Shown here piece by piece: positions 8,011 to 18,208 of a stretch of 64,000 bases of DNA (positions within the stretch are counted from its first letter, which is position 1; every line of letters begins with the position of its first letter). Both the position numbers and the translations under genes were made by a program. The DNA is from Planctomycetia bacterium. Lineage in GTDB: Bacteria > Planctomycetota > Planctomycetia > Gemmatales > HRBIN36. The notes under the pieces were generated by a model. The model was not told where the DNA came from, did no database searches, and saw nothing but the letters and a program-made list of their open reading frames with translations. The stretch is taken from positions 163,178 to 227,177 of the forward strand of contig JAEUIE010000015.1 of the NCBI GenBank assembly GCA_016795155.1, in the 5' to 3' direction.

Positions 8011-9453
8011 GTGCAGAAGATAGCCAACTTTATTGATGGCATGAATCGCGAGCCTCTGAACGGCAGATATCTCGATAATGTTGAGCCTGCTACAGGCCGG
8101 GTCTATTCGTTATTGCCTGATTCGGATGCCAGCGATCTGGCACTCGCGGTTGCTTCTGCAGAAAAGGCGTTACCTGCCTGGAAAGCACTCGGTGCCGAAT
8201 CGCGAGCCAGAATGCTTTATGCCATTGCTGATGTCATTGAACGCAGACTCGAAGAGTTGGCTCGCGCCGAATCTATCGACAATGGCAAGCCACTCTCAAT
8301 TGCACGCATTCTGGATATTCCGCGCGCAGCTACTAATTTTCGATTCTTTGCCGCGGCTGCAACACAGTTCGCGAGTGAATCACATTCGGTTGGGCACGAG
8401 GCAATCAACTATACGCTTCGCGATCCGGTTGGCATCGTAGGGTGCATTTCCCCCTGGAATCTGCCGTTGTATCTGTTCACCTGGAAGATTGCCCCGGCTT
8501 TGGCAGCAGGCAATTGTGTGATTGGCAAGCCTTCAGAAATCACACCAATGACTGCCTTTCTGCTTGGCGAAATCTGCAACGAAGCAGGCTTGCCGCGAGG
8601 CGTTTTGAACATCGTTCATGGCCGAGGCAGCAGTATCGGCCATGCCCTAGTGACACATCCCAAGGTGAAAGCCATTTCGTTTACCGGTGGGACAGCGACT
8701 GGCGTAGCGATCGCAGCGCTGGCTGGACCACAGTTTAAGAAATTGTCGTTGGAAATGGGCGGCAAAAACCCGACACTGGTGTTTGCTGATTGTGACTATG
8801 AAACAACCGTTGAAGGTACCGTTCGAGCAGCCTTTGCCAACCAGGGTGAAATATGCCTTTGTGGCTCACGCATTCTTATCGAACGTTCGATTTACAACAG
8901 GTTTCGCGATGACTTCGTCAGTCAGGTTTCTGCTTTGAAAGTGGGCGATCCGCTCGATAACGAAACGCAGCAGGGAGCTTTGGTTTCTGAAACTCACATG
9001 GAGAAAGTGTTGTCGTATATCGAGCTGGCACGCAGCACCGGTGGAAGTGTCTTGGCTGGTGGCTATCGTGCCACGGTTCCAGGACGTTGCGCAGAGGGCT
9101 ATTTCGTACATCCCACGGTGATTGAGGGGTTGTCGGCTGAGTGCCGGGTCAATCAGGAAGAAATCTTTGGCCCGGTGGCTACACTCATTCCGTTTGATAC
9201 GGATACGGAGGCAGTGTCGATGGCAAACAGTGTTCGGTATGGACTGGCTGCATCAGTGTGGAGCAGTGATATCAAACGCTGTCATCGCGTGGCACGTGAG
9301 TTGGAATCAGGCGTGGTCTGGGTCAACTGCTGGATGATGCGTGATCTGCGTACTCCCTTTGGCGGAATGAAAGATTCCGGAGTTGGCCGGGAAGGTGGCC
9401 AGGAAGCCATGAGATTTTTCACCGAGCCTAAAAATGTATGTATCAGGTATTGA
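8011..9453 (+). CDS. NAD-dependent aldehyde dehydrogenase, probably 2-aminomuconate-6-semialdehyde dehydrogenase
   Basis: ALDH motifs LEMGGKNP and FANQGEICLCGSR (catalytic Cys). The substrate assignment comes from context, next to ACMSD and the RidA-type deaminase. Confidence 0.8.
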   Translation: MQKIANFIDGMNREPLNGRYLDNVEPATGRVYSLLPDSDASDLALAVASAEKALPAWKALGAESRARMLYAIADVIERRLEELARAESIDNGKPLSIARILDIPRAATNFRFFAAAATQFASESHSVGHEAINYTLRDPVGIVGCISPWNLPLYLFTWKIAPALAAGNCVIGKPSEITPMTAFLLGEICNEAGLPRGVLNIVHGRGSSIGHALVTHPKVKAISFTGGTATGVAIAALAGPQFKKLSLEMGGKNPTLVFADCDYETTVEGTVRAAFANQGEICLCGSRILIERSIYNRFRDDFVSQVSALKVGDPLDNETQQGALVSETHMEKVLSYIELARSTGGSVLAGGYRATVPGRCAEGYFVHPTVIEGLSAECRVNQEEIFGPVATLIPFDTDTEAVSMANSVRYGLAASVWSSDIKRCHRVARELESGVVWVNCWMMRDLRTPFGGMKDSGVGREGGQEAMRFFTEPKNVCIRY

Positions 9454-9468
9454 AAGGAAACATGCCGT

Positions 9469-9891
9469 ATGGCGTTCACTGAAGGCATCCATTCTTCAAA
9501 AGCTCCTGAACCTGTTGGGTTGTATCCACATGCCCGACAAGTGGGGAACCTCTTGTTTCTCTCTGGTGTGGGGCCACGTCAGCGAGGGAGCAAGGCCATT
9601 CCCGGCGTAACACTCAATGAGAGGGGGGAGATCATTGCTTACGACATCGCTGAACAGTGTCGATCAGTTTTTGCCAATGTTCGTGCGATTCTCGAAGAGG
9701 CTGGTAGCAGTTGGGAGAATCTGGTGGATGTCACCGTCTATCTCACCAACATGAAAGCTGACTTTGCCACATACAATAAGTTGTGGGCAGAGTACTTCAA
9801 AGATGTTCAGCCTTGCCGAACGACGCTGGAAATTAATTGCCTGCCAACGCCGATAGCCATTGAATTGAAGTGCATAGCGACCATTTCCTGA
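9469..9891 (+). CDS. RidA/YjgF-family protein, probably 2-aminomuconate deaminase
   Basis: 140 aa with the RidA fold pattern (LLFLSGVGP..., [12 protein letters not shown]). The characterised AmnD/NbaF deaminases belong to this family. The role is inferred from context. Confidence 0.7.
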   Translation: MAFTEGIHSSKAPEPVGLYPHARQVGNLLFLSGVGPRQRGSKAIPGVTLNERGEIIAYDIAEQCRSVFANVRAILEEAGSSWENLVDVTVYLTNMKADFATYNKLWAEYFKDVQPCRTTLEINCLPTPIAIELKCIATIS

Positions 9892-9913
9892 CACCGTGAA
9901 CAAGGGGAAAGTC

Positions 9914-10432
9914 ATGTTGAACCAGGGTATCAACTTCCAGAAGTGGATCGAAGAGAACCGCCATTTGCTCAAGCCGCCGGTCTGTAACAAGAAAGTTTTT
10001 GCAACGGATGACTTTATCGTCATGGTGGTGGGTGGCCCTAACGCGCGGAAGGATTTTCATTTCCAGGAAGGGCCTGAGTTCTTTCATCAGTTGGAAGGTG
10101 AAATGGTGCTGCACACGATTCAGGATGGCAAACGCGTCGATATTCCGCTCAAAGCTGGTGAGATTTTCAACCTGCCTGGCCGTACGCCACACTCGCCGGA
10201 GCGCATGGCCAACTCTGTTGGTCTGGTCATTGAACGCAAACGCCAGCCTGGTGAACTTGACGGACTGCAATGGTACTGTGAAGGCTGCGACAACAAATTG
10301 TACGAAGAATTTTTCCCGCTAAAGAATATAGAGAAGGATTTTCCACCGATCTTTGAACGGTATTATGGCTCGGAGTCCAACCGGACATGTAAGAATTGTG
10401 GCAAGATTATGGAACCACCTGTAAAGAAGTAA
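9914..10432 (+). CDS. nbaC: 3-hydroxyanthranilate 3,4-dioxygenase
   Basis: [21 protein letters not shown] and a cupin core. The C-terminal CxxC...CxxC (CEGCDNKL...CKNCGKI) is the rubredoxin-like site of bacterial HAO. ATG at 9914 is preceded by GGGGA; the track's GTG at 9896 is an alternative start. Confidence 0.9.
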   Translation: MLNQGINFQKWIEENRHLLKPPVCNKKVFATDDFIVMVVGGPNARKDFHFQEGPEFFHQLEGEMVLHTIQDGKRVDIPLKAGEIFNLPGRTPHSPERMANSVGLVIERKRQPGELDGLQWYCEGCDNKLYEEFFPLKNIEKDFPPIFERYYGSESNRTCKNCGKIMEPPVKK

Positions 10433-10434
10433 AC

Positions 10435-11445
10435 GTGTTCAAGATTGATATTCATACGCATATTCTGCCGCCGATGTGGCCTGACCTGCAACAGCAATAT
10501 GGCTACGGTGGGTTTGTGCAACTTGAAAGCTGTGGCTGTGATCGTGCCAGAATGACGATCGATGGCAAGTTCTTTCGTGAAATTGAAAGCAACTGCTGGG
10601 ATCCAGTCCGGCGAATGCAGGAATATGACCAGCATGATTGTCAGGTGCAGGTATTGTCAACGGTGCCGGTAATGTTCAGTTACTGGGCCAAGCCGGAACA
10701 TGGCTACGATTTGTCGCGATTGCTTAACGACCATATTGCTGATGTGGTGAGGACATACCCCAAGCGATTCGTGGGGCTGGGTACTGTTCCGATGCAGGAT
10801 GCAACGCTGGCAGTGCGGGAACTGCGACGATGTGTAAAAGATCTGCAGTTTCCAGGCATTCAGATTGGGTCCAATGTGAATGGTGTCAACCTTGATGATG
10901 CATCCCTGTATCCGGTGTTTGAAGCAGCGGAGCAGATGGGGGCTTGTCTGTTTGTGCATCCATGGGAAATGCTCGGCAAGGATCGCATGTCCAAGTACTG
11001 GATGCCCTGGCTGGTAGGCATGCCTTCGGAAACAACGCTCGCGATCTGCTCGGTGATATTTTCCGGACTGCTCGAAAAACTGCCTCGGCTACGTATTGCA
11101 TTTGCACATGGTGGTGGTGCATTTCCAGCAACCATTGGCCGCATTGCTCATGGCTTCGAAGCCCGGCCCGACTTGTGTGCCATCGATAACCGTGTGAATC
11201 CGCGAGAGTACTTGTCGCGAATCTATTACGATTCGCTGGTGCATGATGCGGAATACCTCAAATACTTTGTGGCAACGGTCGGTGCGGATCGCATTGCACT
11301 TGGAACGGATTATCCGTTTCCTCTGGGGGAAACTGTACCTGGTCATTTGATTGAAACCAGTGGATTTGATCGGAACACCCAGGAGAGGCTTCTGCATGGC
11401 ACAGCACTCGAATGGCTAAATCTGAAACGGGAGCATTTTGCTTGA
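10435..11445 (+). CDS. nbaD: 2-amino-3-carboxymuconate-6-semialdehyde decarboxylase (ACMSD, amidohydrolase family)
   Basis: KIDIHTHILPP, HPWEM, AFAHGGGAFP and DYPFPLGE. I prefer the GTG at 10435, just after the nbaC stop. The track's start at 10396 would overlap nbaC. Confidence 0.9.
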   Translation: MFKIDIHTHILPPMWPDLQQQYGYGGFVQLESCGCDRARMTIDGKFFREIESNCWDPVRRMQEYDQHDCQVQVLSTVPVMFSYWAKPEHGYDLSRLLNDHIADVVRTYPKRFVGLGTVPMQDATLAVRELRRCVKDLQFPGIQIGSNVNGVNLDDASLYPVFEAAEQMGACLFVHPWEMLGKDRMSKYWMPWLVGMPSETTLAICSVIFSGLLEKLPRLRIAFAHGGGAFPATIGRIAHGFEARPDLCAIDNRVNPREYLSRIYYDSLVHDAEYLKYFVATVGADRIALGTDYPFPLGETVPGHLIETSGFDRNTQERLLHGTALEWLNLKREHFA

Positions 11446-11453
11446 TTGCCACC

Positions 11454-12263
11454 ATGACAATCAATGGTCAATCGCTGCAAGCTGATTTCAGTAAGGGAAT
11501 TTGTGTAGGCATTCCAGTTGATTTTAATGGTTTGCAACCCAGCCACTTTGCGGCAAAACGCGCCAGCACTGTACCGATGAGGTCAGGTAGTTTCATTGGC
11601 GACACCAAACTGGGTGGTTCGTGCAATGTGCCTGTCATAACTATCAATCCACATTGCAACGGCACACATACCGAAAGCATTGGCCACATTGTTGATAATC
11701 AGTTTTCAGTGCATCAGGCACTACCTGGCGGATTGAAACTGGCGACGCTGATTTCTGTTGAACCAGCATCGGTAACTGCTATCGATAAGCATAACCGTCC
11801 TGCTCTCGTAAATGGAGATAAAGTAATTACCAAAATGATGCTGCATCAAGCATTGCAGCATATTTCAGCAGTTCGCTTTACTGCATTGTTGATTCGCACT
11901 TTACCAAACGATGAATCAAAACTAGGTGCAAGGTATGGTGAAACAACCTTACCGCCATTTTTCACAATCGAGGCGATTGATTACCTGAATCAACTCGGCG
12001 TCAAGCATCTCCTCGTTGACATGCCATCGGTTGATCGAATGCAGGATGAGGGTTTGCTGACAGTGCACCACCGGTTCTGGAACGTCGCAGAAGGCACGCA
12101 TTCGCTTCAAGCCGGATCATACATAGATAAAACAATTACAGAAATGATTTATGTTCCAGATGAAGTACGGGATGGAAACTATTTGCTCGATTTGCAGATT
12201 CCAGCATTCAGCACCGATGTGGCGCCATCCAGACCCTGGCTGTTTCCCGTGGAGTTCGTGTAA
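11454..12263 (+). CDS. Cyclase-family protein, candidate kynurenine formamidase (divergent)
   Basis: HCNGTHTESIGH resembles, but does not match, the cyclase/KynB motif HxGTHxDxPxH. A later VDMPSVD motif is present. It sits between ACMSD and kynU, with a TAATG overlap onto kynU. Confidence 0.5.
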   Translation: MTINGQSLQADFSKGICVGIPVDFNGLQPSHFAAKRASTVPMRSGSFIGDTKLGGSCNVPVITINPHCNGTHTESIGHIVDNQFSVHQALPGGLKLATLISVEPASVTAIDKHNRPALVNGDKVITKMMLHQALQHISAVRFTALLIRTLPNDESKLGARYGETTLPPFFTIEAIDYLNQLGVKHLLVDMPSVDRMQDEGLLTVHHRFWNVAEGTHSLQAGSYIDKTITEMIYVPDEVRDGNYLLDLQIPAFSTDVAPSRPWLFPVEFV

Positions 12264-13534
12264 TGTTTGATCGAACTCCAGACTATGCACAGGCAATGGA
12301 TCGTGATGATCCACTTGCACGGTTTCGCGATGAGTTTCATATTTCGGTTGGACACAACGGTCAGCAAGAAATCTATTTCTGTGGGAACTCACTGGGTCTG
12401 CAGCCGAAACGTACCGGAGCCTACGTCAGTGATTTTCTCAATGATTGGGCAACACGAGGAGTGCGAGGGCATTTTGAGGGCAATCATCCCTGGATGCCTT
12501 ACCATGAATTTCTGACAACGGGACTTGCATCACTGGCAGGTGCCCTGCCTCATGAAGTGGTTGCCATGAATTCCCTGACGGTCAACCTGCATCTGATGAT
12601 GGTGAGTTTCTATCGGCCGACCGTACAAAGGTTCAAAATTCTTATTGAAGAGCATGCCTTCCCATCAGATAGCTATGCAGTAGTTTCCCACTTGCAACAC
12701 CATGGTTTGGACCCTGCAGAAGCACTGGTAAAGGTAGCACAAAGACCAGGTTCAGAATTGATTGATGAAGCAGATTTGATGCAGATTATCGAGCAGCATG
12801 GGAAACAATTGAGTTTGATTCTGCTGCCTGGGGTACAGTACTACACCGGGCAGGTGTTACCCATGGCTGAAATCACCCGTATTGGGCATAATGTGGGTGC
12901 AATAGTTGGTTTTGATATGGCCCATGCTATGGGGAACATTCCACTGTTTCTGCATGAATGGGATGTCGATTTCGCTGTATGGTGCAGCTACAAGTATCTC
13001 AACAGTGGAGCGGGATCGGTAGCTGGCTGTTTCATTCATGAACGACATGTCCGGAACACCAGTTTGCATCGTTTCGCTGGTTGGTGGGGCCATGATAAAT
13101 CGACACGTTTCCAGATGGGCTCGGAGTTTCATGCCATGCCTACTGCGGAAGGCTGGCAACTGTCCAACCCTCCCATTCTGTCGCTTGCAGCCATGCGTGC
13201 ATCGCTCGATCTGTTTCGCGAAGCGGGTGGCTTGAGCGCCTTGCGAAAAAAGTCGGAACTGTTGACTGGCTACCTGGAATATCTGCTGAAGCTGGAATGT
13301 GGAGATCGTGTGCAGATCATCACGCCACATGATGCGAATCATCGAGGATGCCAACTGTCATTGAGCATTCGCAGTGGCCAGTATTCTGGCAAAGAGGTAC
13401 ATCAGCGGCTTGAGCAGGCTGGTGTAGCCTGCGATTGGCGAGAGCCGAATGTCATGCGCGTGGCGCCCGTGCCCCTTTATAACACCTTTACGGAAGTCTA
13501 TCGTTTTGTTCATCTTCTGAAGACATGGCTATGA
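12263..13534 (+). CDS. kynU: Kynureninase
   Basis: DPLARFRDEFHI at the N-terminus. PLP-lysine context WCSYKYLNSGAG. 423 aa. Confidence 0.9.
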   Translation: MFDRTPDYAQAMDRDDPLARFRDEFHISVGHNGQQEIYFCGNSLGLQPKRTGAYVSDFLNDWATRGVRGHFEGNHPWMPYHEFLTTGLASLAGALPHEVVAMNSLTVNLHLMMVSFYRPTVQRFKILIEEHAFPSDSYAVVSHLQHHGLDPAEALVKVAQRPGSELIDEADLMQIIEQHGKQLSLILLPGVQYYTGQVLPMAEITRIGHNVGAIVGFDMAHAMGNIPLFLHEWDVDFAVWCSYKYLNSGAGSVAGCFIHERHVRNTSLHRFAGWWGHDKSTRFQMGSEFHAMPTAEGWQLSNPPILSLAAMRASLDLFREAGGLSALRKKSELLTGYLEYLLKLECGDRVQIITPHDANHRGCQLSLSIRSGQYSGKEVHQRLEQAGVACDWREPNVMRVAPVPLYNTFTEVYRFVHLLKTWL

Positions 13535-14871
13535 GATCGAAACACATTATACTGGTGGGTGCTGGCCTGGTGGGAAGCCTGCTGGCGGTGTTCTTGGCAC
13601 GGCGAGGCTTCACCGTAACCGTTTATGAACGTCGGCCTGATCTGCGGAAGTCACGCATTTCAGCTGGGCGGTCCATCAACCTGGCTCTGGCCAATCGTGG
13701 CATGGCAGCTCTGGAGCGTGCTGGCATCCTGAAAGACCTGCGCCCCCTGCTTATCCCCATGGCGGGCCGAATGATTCATGATGAACAGGGGCAGACCTCG
13801 TTTCTGTCGTACGGGCATCGCCCCGAAGAAGTGATTTATTCCGTCTCGCGTGGAGGCCTGAACCAGAAATTGCTCGAACTGGCGGAAGCGGAAGGATCGA
13901 CCATTCATTTTGAGCAAAATTGCCTGGGTGTTGATTTTGCCAATAAGAAACTCAAGATGCTGAACGAAACAAATCGAAAAGAGGCTTGGCTGGATTTCGA
14001 AGTGGTGCTGGGCACCGATGGCTCTGCGTCGCATGTGCGGGATGCCATACTCCGTGCAACAGGTGGTAAGTGTGTTGAAGAGCCGTTGGGGCATGGCTAC
14101 AAGGAATTGACGATTGAAGCCGGGGCGGATGGCAGCTTTCGCATGGATGAGCGTTCGTTACACATCTGGCCACGCGGTGAATTCATGCTGATAGCCCTGC
14201 CCAACCCGGATGCATCATTTACTTTGACTTTGTTTCTTCCACAAACCGGTGCGGAGAGCTTTGCTACTCTGCAGGATAAGCAGTCAGTACATGATTTTTT
14301 CAGGAAGTATTTCCCCGATGCACGAGACATGATGCCTGATCTGACAGAACAGTTCTTCACCAACCCGCTGGGAAATCTGGCAACCATCTGGTGCGATACC
14401 TGGCATTATCGAGGCAATGCCTTGCTGCTGGGTGATGCTGCCCATGCTATTGTTCCTTTTCACGGCCAGGGTATGAATTGTGGTTTTGAAGATGTGGTCG
14501 CATTTGATCAATTATTGAACGATGAAGACATGCCTTGCGAAACTCTCTTTGAACGGTTCTTTGCGGAGCGAAAGCCGAACGCTGATGCCATTGCAACGAT
14601 GGCTCTCGAGAATTATGTTGAAATGCGGTCAACGGTGCGTGATCCGCGGTTCGCCTTGAAGAAAGTATTGTCTTTTGCTCTGGAAGATCGCTTCGGTCCT
14701 CGCTTCATCCCACGCTACTCAATGGTCATGTTCCATACCATGCCGTATGCCCAGGCGCAACAGCGAGGTATCATTCAGGAAGACATTCTCAATCAATTGA
14801 CGGCGGGCATCAGCAGCCTGGAACAAGTCGATTTCAGCCAGGCTAGTAGGTTGATTGAGCAGAAACTATAA
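13525..14871 (+). CDS. kmo: Kynurenine 3-monooxygenase
   Basis: FAD motif ILVGAGLVGSLLAVFLARRG, LLGDAAHAIVPFHGQGMNCGFED. 10-nt overlap with kynU. Confidence 0.9.
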   Translation: MAMRSKHIILVGAGLVGSLLAVFLARRGFTVTVYERRPDLRKSRISAGRSINLALANRGMAALERAGILKDLRPLLIPMAGRMIHDEQGQTSFLSYGHRPEEVIYSVSRGGLNQKLLELAEAEGSTIHFEQNCLGVDFANKKLKMLNETNRKEAWLDFEVVLGTDGSASHVRDAILRATGGKCVEEPLGHGYKELTIEAGADGSFRMDERSLHIWPRGEFMLIALPNPDASFTLTLFLPQTGAESFATLQDKQSVHDFFRKYFPDARDMMPDLTEQFFTNPLGNLATIWCDTWHYRGNALLLGDAAHAIVPFHGQGMNCGFEDVVAFDQLLNDEDMPCETLFERFFAERKPNADAIATMALENYVEMRSTVRDPRFALKKVLSFALEDRFGPRFIPRYSMVMFHTMPYAQAQQRGIIQEDILNQLTAGISSLEQVDFSQASRLIEQKL

Positions 14872-15462
14872 TCAGGTTCGAGATACTTCGTATGCTTCAA
14901 TCTGCTGTTTGAACTTCAGTATGTAGCCCAGTTCATCCAGATCATTCAGTAGGCAGGTTTTGGAGAAACTATCCACCTGGAAAGTGCTGCTGGTTCCGTC
15001 AGGTAATCGGATCGTTTGTGCTGCCAGGTCTATGGTTACCTTGGTATCTGGATGGCTTTGAGCGAGTTGCACTAGTTTGGAATAAAATGATGCATCGTCG
15101 CAGACGACAGGCAGAACGCCATTTTTAAGGGCGTTGGATTTAAAGATATCGGCAAACCCTTGAGCGATCACAGCCTGGATACCCCAGGCTCGCAATGCCC
15201 AGGGAGCATGTTCACGCGAAGAACCACATCCGAAATTGTCGCCAGCAAGCAGGATGGTCTGTTCCTGGTGAGCAGACTGATTGAGGACAAAATCAGGCTT
15301 GGGTTTGCCAGCCGCATCATAACGCCAGTCAGCAAACAGGTTTTCGCCGAGGCCGTTCTTATCGGTTACTTTGAGAAACCGGGCAGGAATGATCTGGTCG
15401 GTATCGATATCATTTCGCACCAGGGGAATCAGGCGTGATGTCAGTGTGGTAAAGCGAGCCAT
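14872..15462 (-). CDS. leuD: 3-isopropylmalate dehydratase small subunit
   Basis: NDIDTDQIIPARFLK and GDNFGCGSSREHAPWAL. Confidence 0.9.
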   Translation of the reverse strand: MARFTTLTSRLIPLVRNDIDTDQIIPARFLKVTDKNGLGENLFADWRYDAAGKPKPDFVLNQSAHQEQTILLAGDNFGCGSSREHAPWALRAWGIQAVIAQGFADIFKSNALKNGVLPVVCDDASFYSKLVQLAQSHPDTKVTIDLAAQTIRLPDGTSSTFQVDSFSKTCLLNDLDELGYILKFKQQIEAYEVSRT

Positions 15463-15483
15463 GGCATTTCCAGCAAGATATTA

Positions 15484-16896
15484 TCAGTTGATCAGTTTCC
15501 GAACATCCGTCACCACCCCCGTCACTGCAGCAGCGGCTGCGGTCAGAGGACTGGCCAGAAACGTACGTCCGCCAGGACCCTGTCTGCCTTCGAAATTGCG
15601 GTTACTCGTACTCACAGCATACTGTCCGGGGCTGATCTGGTCGCCATTCATGGCAATGCACATGGAGCAGCCGCTTTCACGCCACTCGGCACCGGCCTGC
15701 TTGAAGATATCAGCCAAGCCTTCCTGTTCCGCCTGCTTCTTAATCTCCTGCGAGCCAGGCACTACCAGCGTGCGCACATGCGAAGCAATTTTTCTACCCT
15801 GGAAAACACGGGCTGCCTCTCGCAAATCGCTGATGCGGGAATTGGTGCAACTGCCAATGAAGACAACGTCAATCTTGTGGCCGAGCAGTGGCTTGCCTGC
15901 AGGCAAGGCCATGTATTGCATGGCTTTCTCCAGCGCTGCCCGCTCGGTGCTGTCGCTGATGCTGGCAGGATCGGGAATTGCACTCGAAATAGGCATTCCC
16001 ATTCCTGGATTGGTGCCATAGGTAATCATTGGCTCCAATTGGCTGGCATCAATGGAAATAGTTTTGTCGAAAGCTGCACCTTCATCACTGGCCAGTGCCT
16101 TCCACTTCGCCACCGCTTTGTCCCAGTCCGAACCCTTGGGGCAGTGTTCCTTGCCATGCAGATACTGGAACGTGACATCATCGGGAGCTACCAGCCCTGC
16201 CCTGGCGCCGCCTTCGATGGACATATTGCAGACAGTCATTCTGCCTTCCATCGACAAGGCTCTGATGGCAGAGCCTGTATATTCAAAGACGTGAGCAGTG
16301 CCACCACGCACACCTATCTTGGCGAGCAAAGCCAGAATGATGTCCTTGGGTGAAACGCCTGGTTTCAGCGTTCCATCCACTTTCACTTCAAATGATTTCG
16401 GCTTCCGCTGCAGTAGACACTGCGATGCGAGCACGTGTTCCACTTCGCTGGTGCCGATGCCAAAGGCGAGTGCTCCGAAAGCACCGTGCGTTGCAGTGTG
16501 GCTGTCGCCACAAACAATAGTCATGCCAGGCTGAGTGAGTCCCAGTTCAGGGCCGATGACGTGGACAATTCCCCGATGCGGGCTGCCCAGGCCATGAAGC
16601 GTAACTCCAAATTCCTTACAGTTCTGTTCCAGCTTGCGGCATTGCTGGGCAGCCATGTCATCGGCCATTTCCAGTCCGCGACCTTGCGTTGGAATGCTGT
16701 GATCGAGAGTTGCAACTGTGCGATCCGTACGGTGTACTTTGAGGCCACGTTTGCGCAGTCCATCAAATGCCTGGGGCGAAGTGACTTCGTGGACCAGGTG
16801 CAGATCAATGTAAAGCACTGCAGGAGCACCAGATTCCTGATGCACCACGTGGTTATCCCAGATTTTGTCAATGATCGTTCGTGGCTGTTTCGACAT
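15484..16896 (-). CDS. leuC: 3-isopropylmalate dehydratase large subunit
   Basis: Aconitase-family motifs [29 protein letters not shown] and NRNFEGRQG. Confidence 0.92.
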   Translation of the reverse strand: MSKQPRTIIDKIWDNHVVHQESGAPAVLYIDLHLVHEVTSPQAFDGLRKRGLKVHRTDRTVATLDHSIPTQGRGLEMADDMAAQQCRKLEQNCKEFGVTLHGLGSPHRGIVHVIGPELGLTQPGMTIVCGDSHTATHGAFGALAFGIGTSEVEHVLASQCLLQRKPKSFEVKVDGTLKPGVSPKDIILALLAKIGVRGGTAHVFEYTGSAIRALSMEGRMTVCNMSIEGGARAGLVAPDDVTFQYLHGKEHCPKGSDWDKAVAKWKALASDEGAAFDKTISIDASQLEPMITYGTNPGMGMPISSAIPDPASISDSTERAALEKAMQYMALPAGKPLLGHKIDVVFIGSCTNSRISDLREAARVFQGRKIASHVRTLVVPGSQEIKKQAEQEGLADIFKQAGAEWRESGCSMCIAMNGDQISPGQYAVSTSNRNFEGRQGPGGRTFLASPLTAAAAAVTGVVTDVRKLIN

Positions 16897-16898
16897 AG

Positions 16899-18128
16899 TT
16901 AGCCAACACTCACGGTAACGCGAACAGGTTTGTTGGTCCCATTGGTGGCGCCAATGGGTTCTTTCATCAGCGAGATAAGGTCTGCATCGTGAATCTGCTT
17001 CTTCTTGTCTGCCAGAGTTTTGAAGCGTGCAAAGATGCAGTCGAGATCCTGATCAGCCAGTACGTGCCCGAGTTCTTCCATGCGGGCTTTGAAAGCATGT
17101 CGGCCTGAATGCTTGCCTAGCACCAGATTGGTCTTGGTGACACCTACTGATTCAGGTCGCATGATTTCGTAGGTGGTGGCATTTTTCAGCATGCCATCCT
17201 GATGAATGCCCGCTTCATGTGCAAATGCATTGGCACCAACAATGGCCTTGTTGGGTTGAACCACGATGCCGGTGTAACCAGAAACCATTTTGCTCACATG
17301 TGCAATCTGCGTGGTATCTATCCCCGTTCGCAGGTTATAAACAGGCTTGCGGGTATTTAAAGCCATCACCACTTCTTCGAGAGCAGTGTTGCCTGCCCGT
17401 TCGCCGATGCCATTGATGGTGACTTCCGCCTGCCGAGCTCCGGCACGAATGCCAGCCAGACTGTTGGCCGTTGCCAGGCCCAGATCATTATGGCAATGAA
17501 CCGAGACGATGCAGTTATCAATACCCTTGGTATTCTTGATGATGCCTGCAATCAGTTGGCCATATTCTTCAGGAATGGTGTAGCCCACCGTATCAGGAAT
17601 ATTGAGCGTGGTTGCACCGGCACGAATGGCCAAGGCCAGCACCTCATACAGAAATGCAGGGTCGCTGCGGCCTGCATCTTCCGGCGAAAATTCTACATCA
17701 GCACAGAGTGAATGAGCATAGCCAACCATTTCGAGCACTTTGTCCATAACCTGCCTGGGTTCCATCTTCAGCTTGTGCTTCATGTGGATTTCGGAAGTAG
17801 CCAGGAAAGTATGGATGCGGGGCCTTTTTGCATGTTGCACAGCTTCCCAGGCTTTGTCGATATCGCTGAATGCTGTACGGGCTAATCCACAAATGATGGG
17901 AGGTTCGTTGCCATTAATGGACTCGTTGCCAACGGTTTTGGCGATCGTTCGAACGGCTTCCAGGTCGTCAGGCGAAGCAGCGGGGAAACCTGCTTCCATC
18001 ACGTCTACACCCAGGCGAGCCAGAGCGCCGGCGATTTCCAGTTTTTCTGCGGAGGTTAAAGTTGCACCGGGGGACTGTTCACCATCGCGAAGCGTGGTGT
18101 CGAATATGCGAACGTAATCGTTACTCAT
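16899..18128 (-). CDS. leuA: 2-isopropylmalate synthase-like enzyme, short form (409 aa, no C-terminal regulatory domain)
   Basis: [14 protein letters not shown] and [16 protein letters not shown] define the catalytic TIM barrel. The ORF stops 2 nt before the leuC start, leaving no room for the roughly 110-aa LeuA_dimer domain. Confidence 0.8.
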   Translation of the reverse strand: MSNDYVRIFDTTLRDGEQSPGATLTSAEKLEIAGALARLGVDVMEAGFPAASPDDLEAVRTIAKTVGNESINGNEPPIICGLARTAFSDIDKAWEAVQHAKRPRIHTFLATSEIHMKHKLKMEPRQVMDKVLEMVGYAHSLCADVEFSPEDAGRSDPAFLYEVLALAIRAGATTLNIPDTVGYTIPEEYGQLIAGIIKNTKGIDNCIVSVHCHNDLGLATANSLAGIRAGARQAEVTINGIGERAGNTALEEVVMALNTRKPVYNLRTGIDTTQIAHVSKMVSGYTGIVVQPNKAIVGANAFAHEAGIHQDGMLKNATTYEIMRPESVGVTKTNLVLGKHSGRHAFKARMEELGHVLADQDLDCIFARFKTLADKKKQIHDADLISLMKEPIGATNGTNKPVRVTVSVG

Positions 18129-18208
18129 GATTCATCCTCAGCAGTGGAAGAGGGTCTGCTACCAACAGTGTACGCTACCTGCCGGGGAGATGCCAGTGCC
18201 AGTCCGGG

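Noticed and set aside
15371-16902. Plus-strand ORFs of 155-216 aa (15371-16021, 15778-16353, 16435-16902) opposite leuC
   Set aside because: They are fully antisense to an aconitase-family gene with unambiguous motifs, and their translations are Ala/Arg/Ser-rich with no motif.
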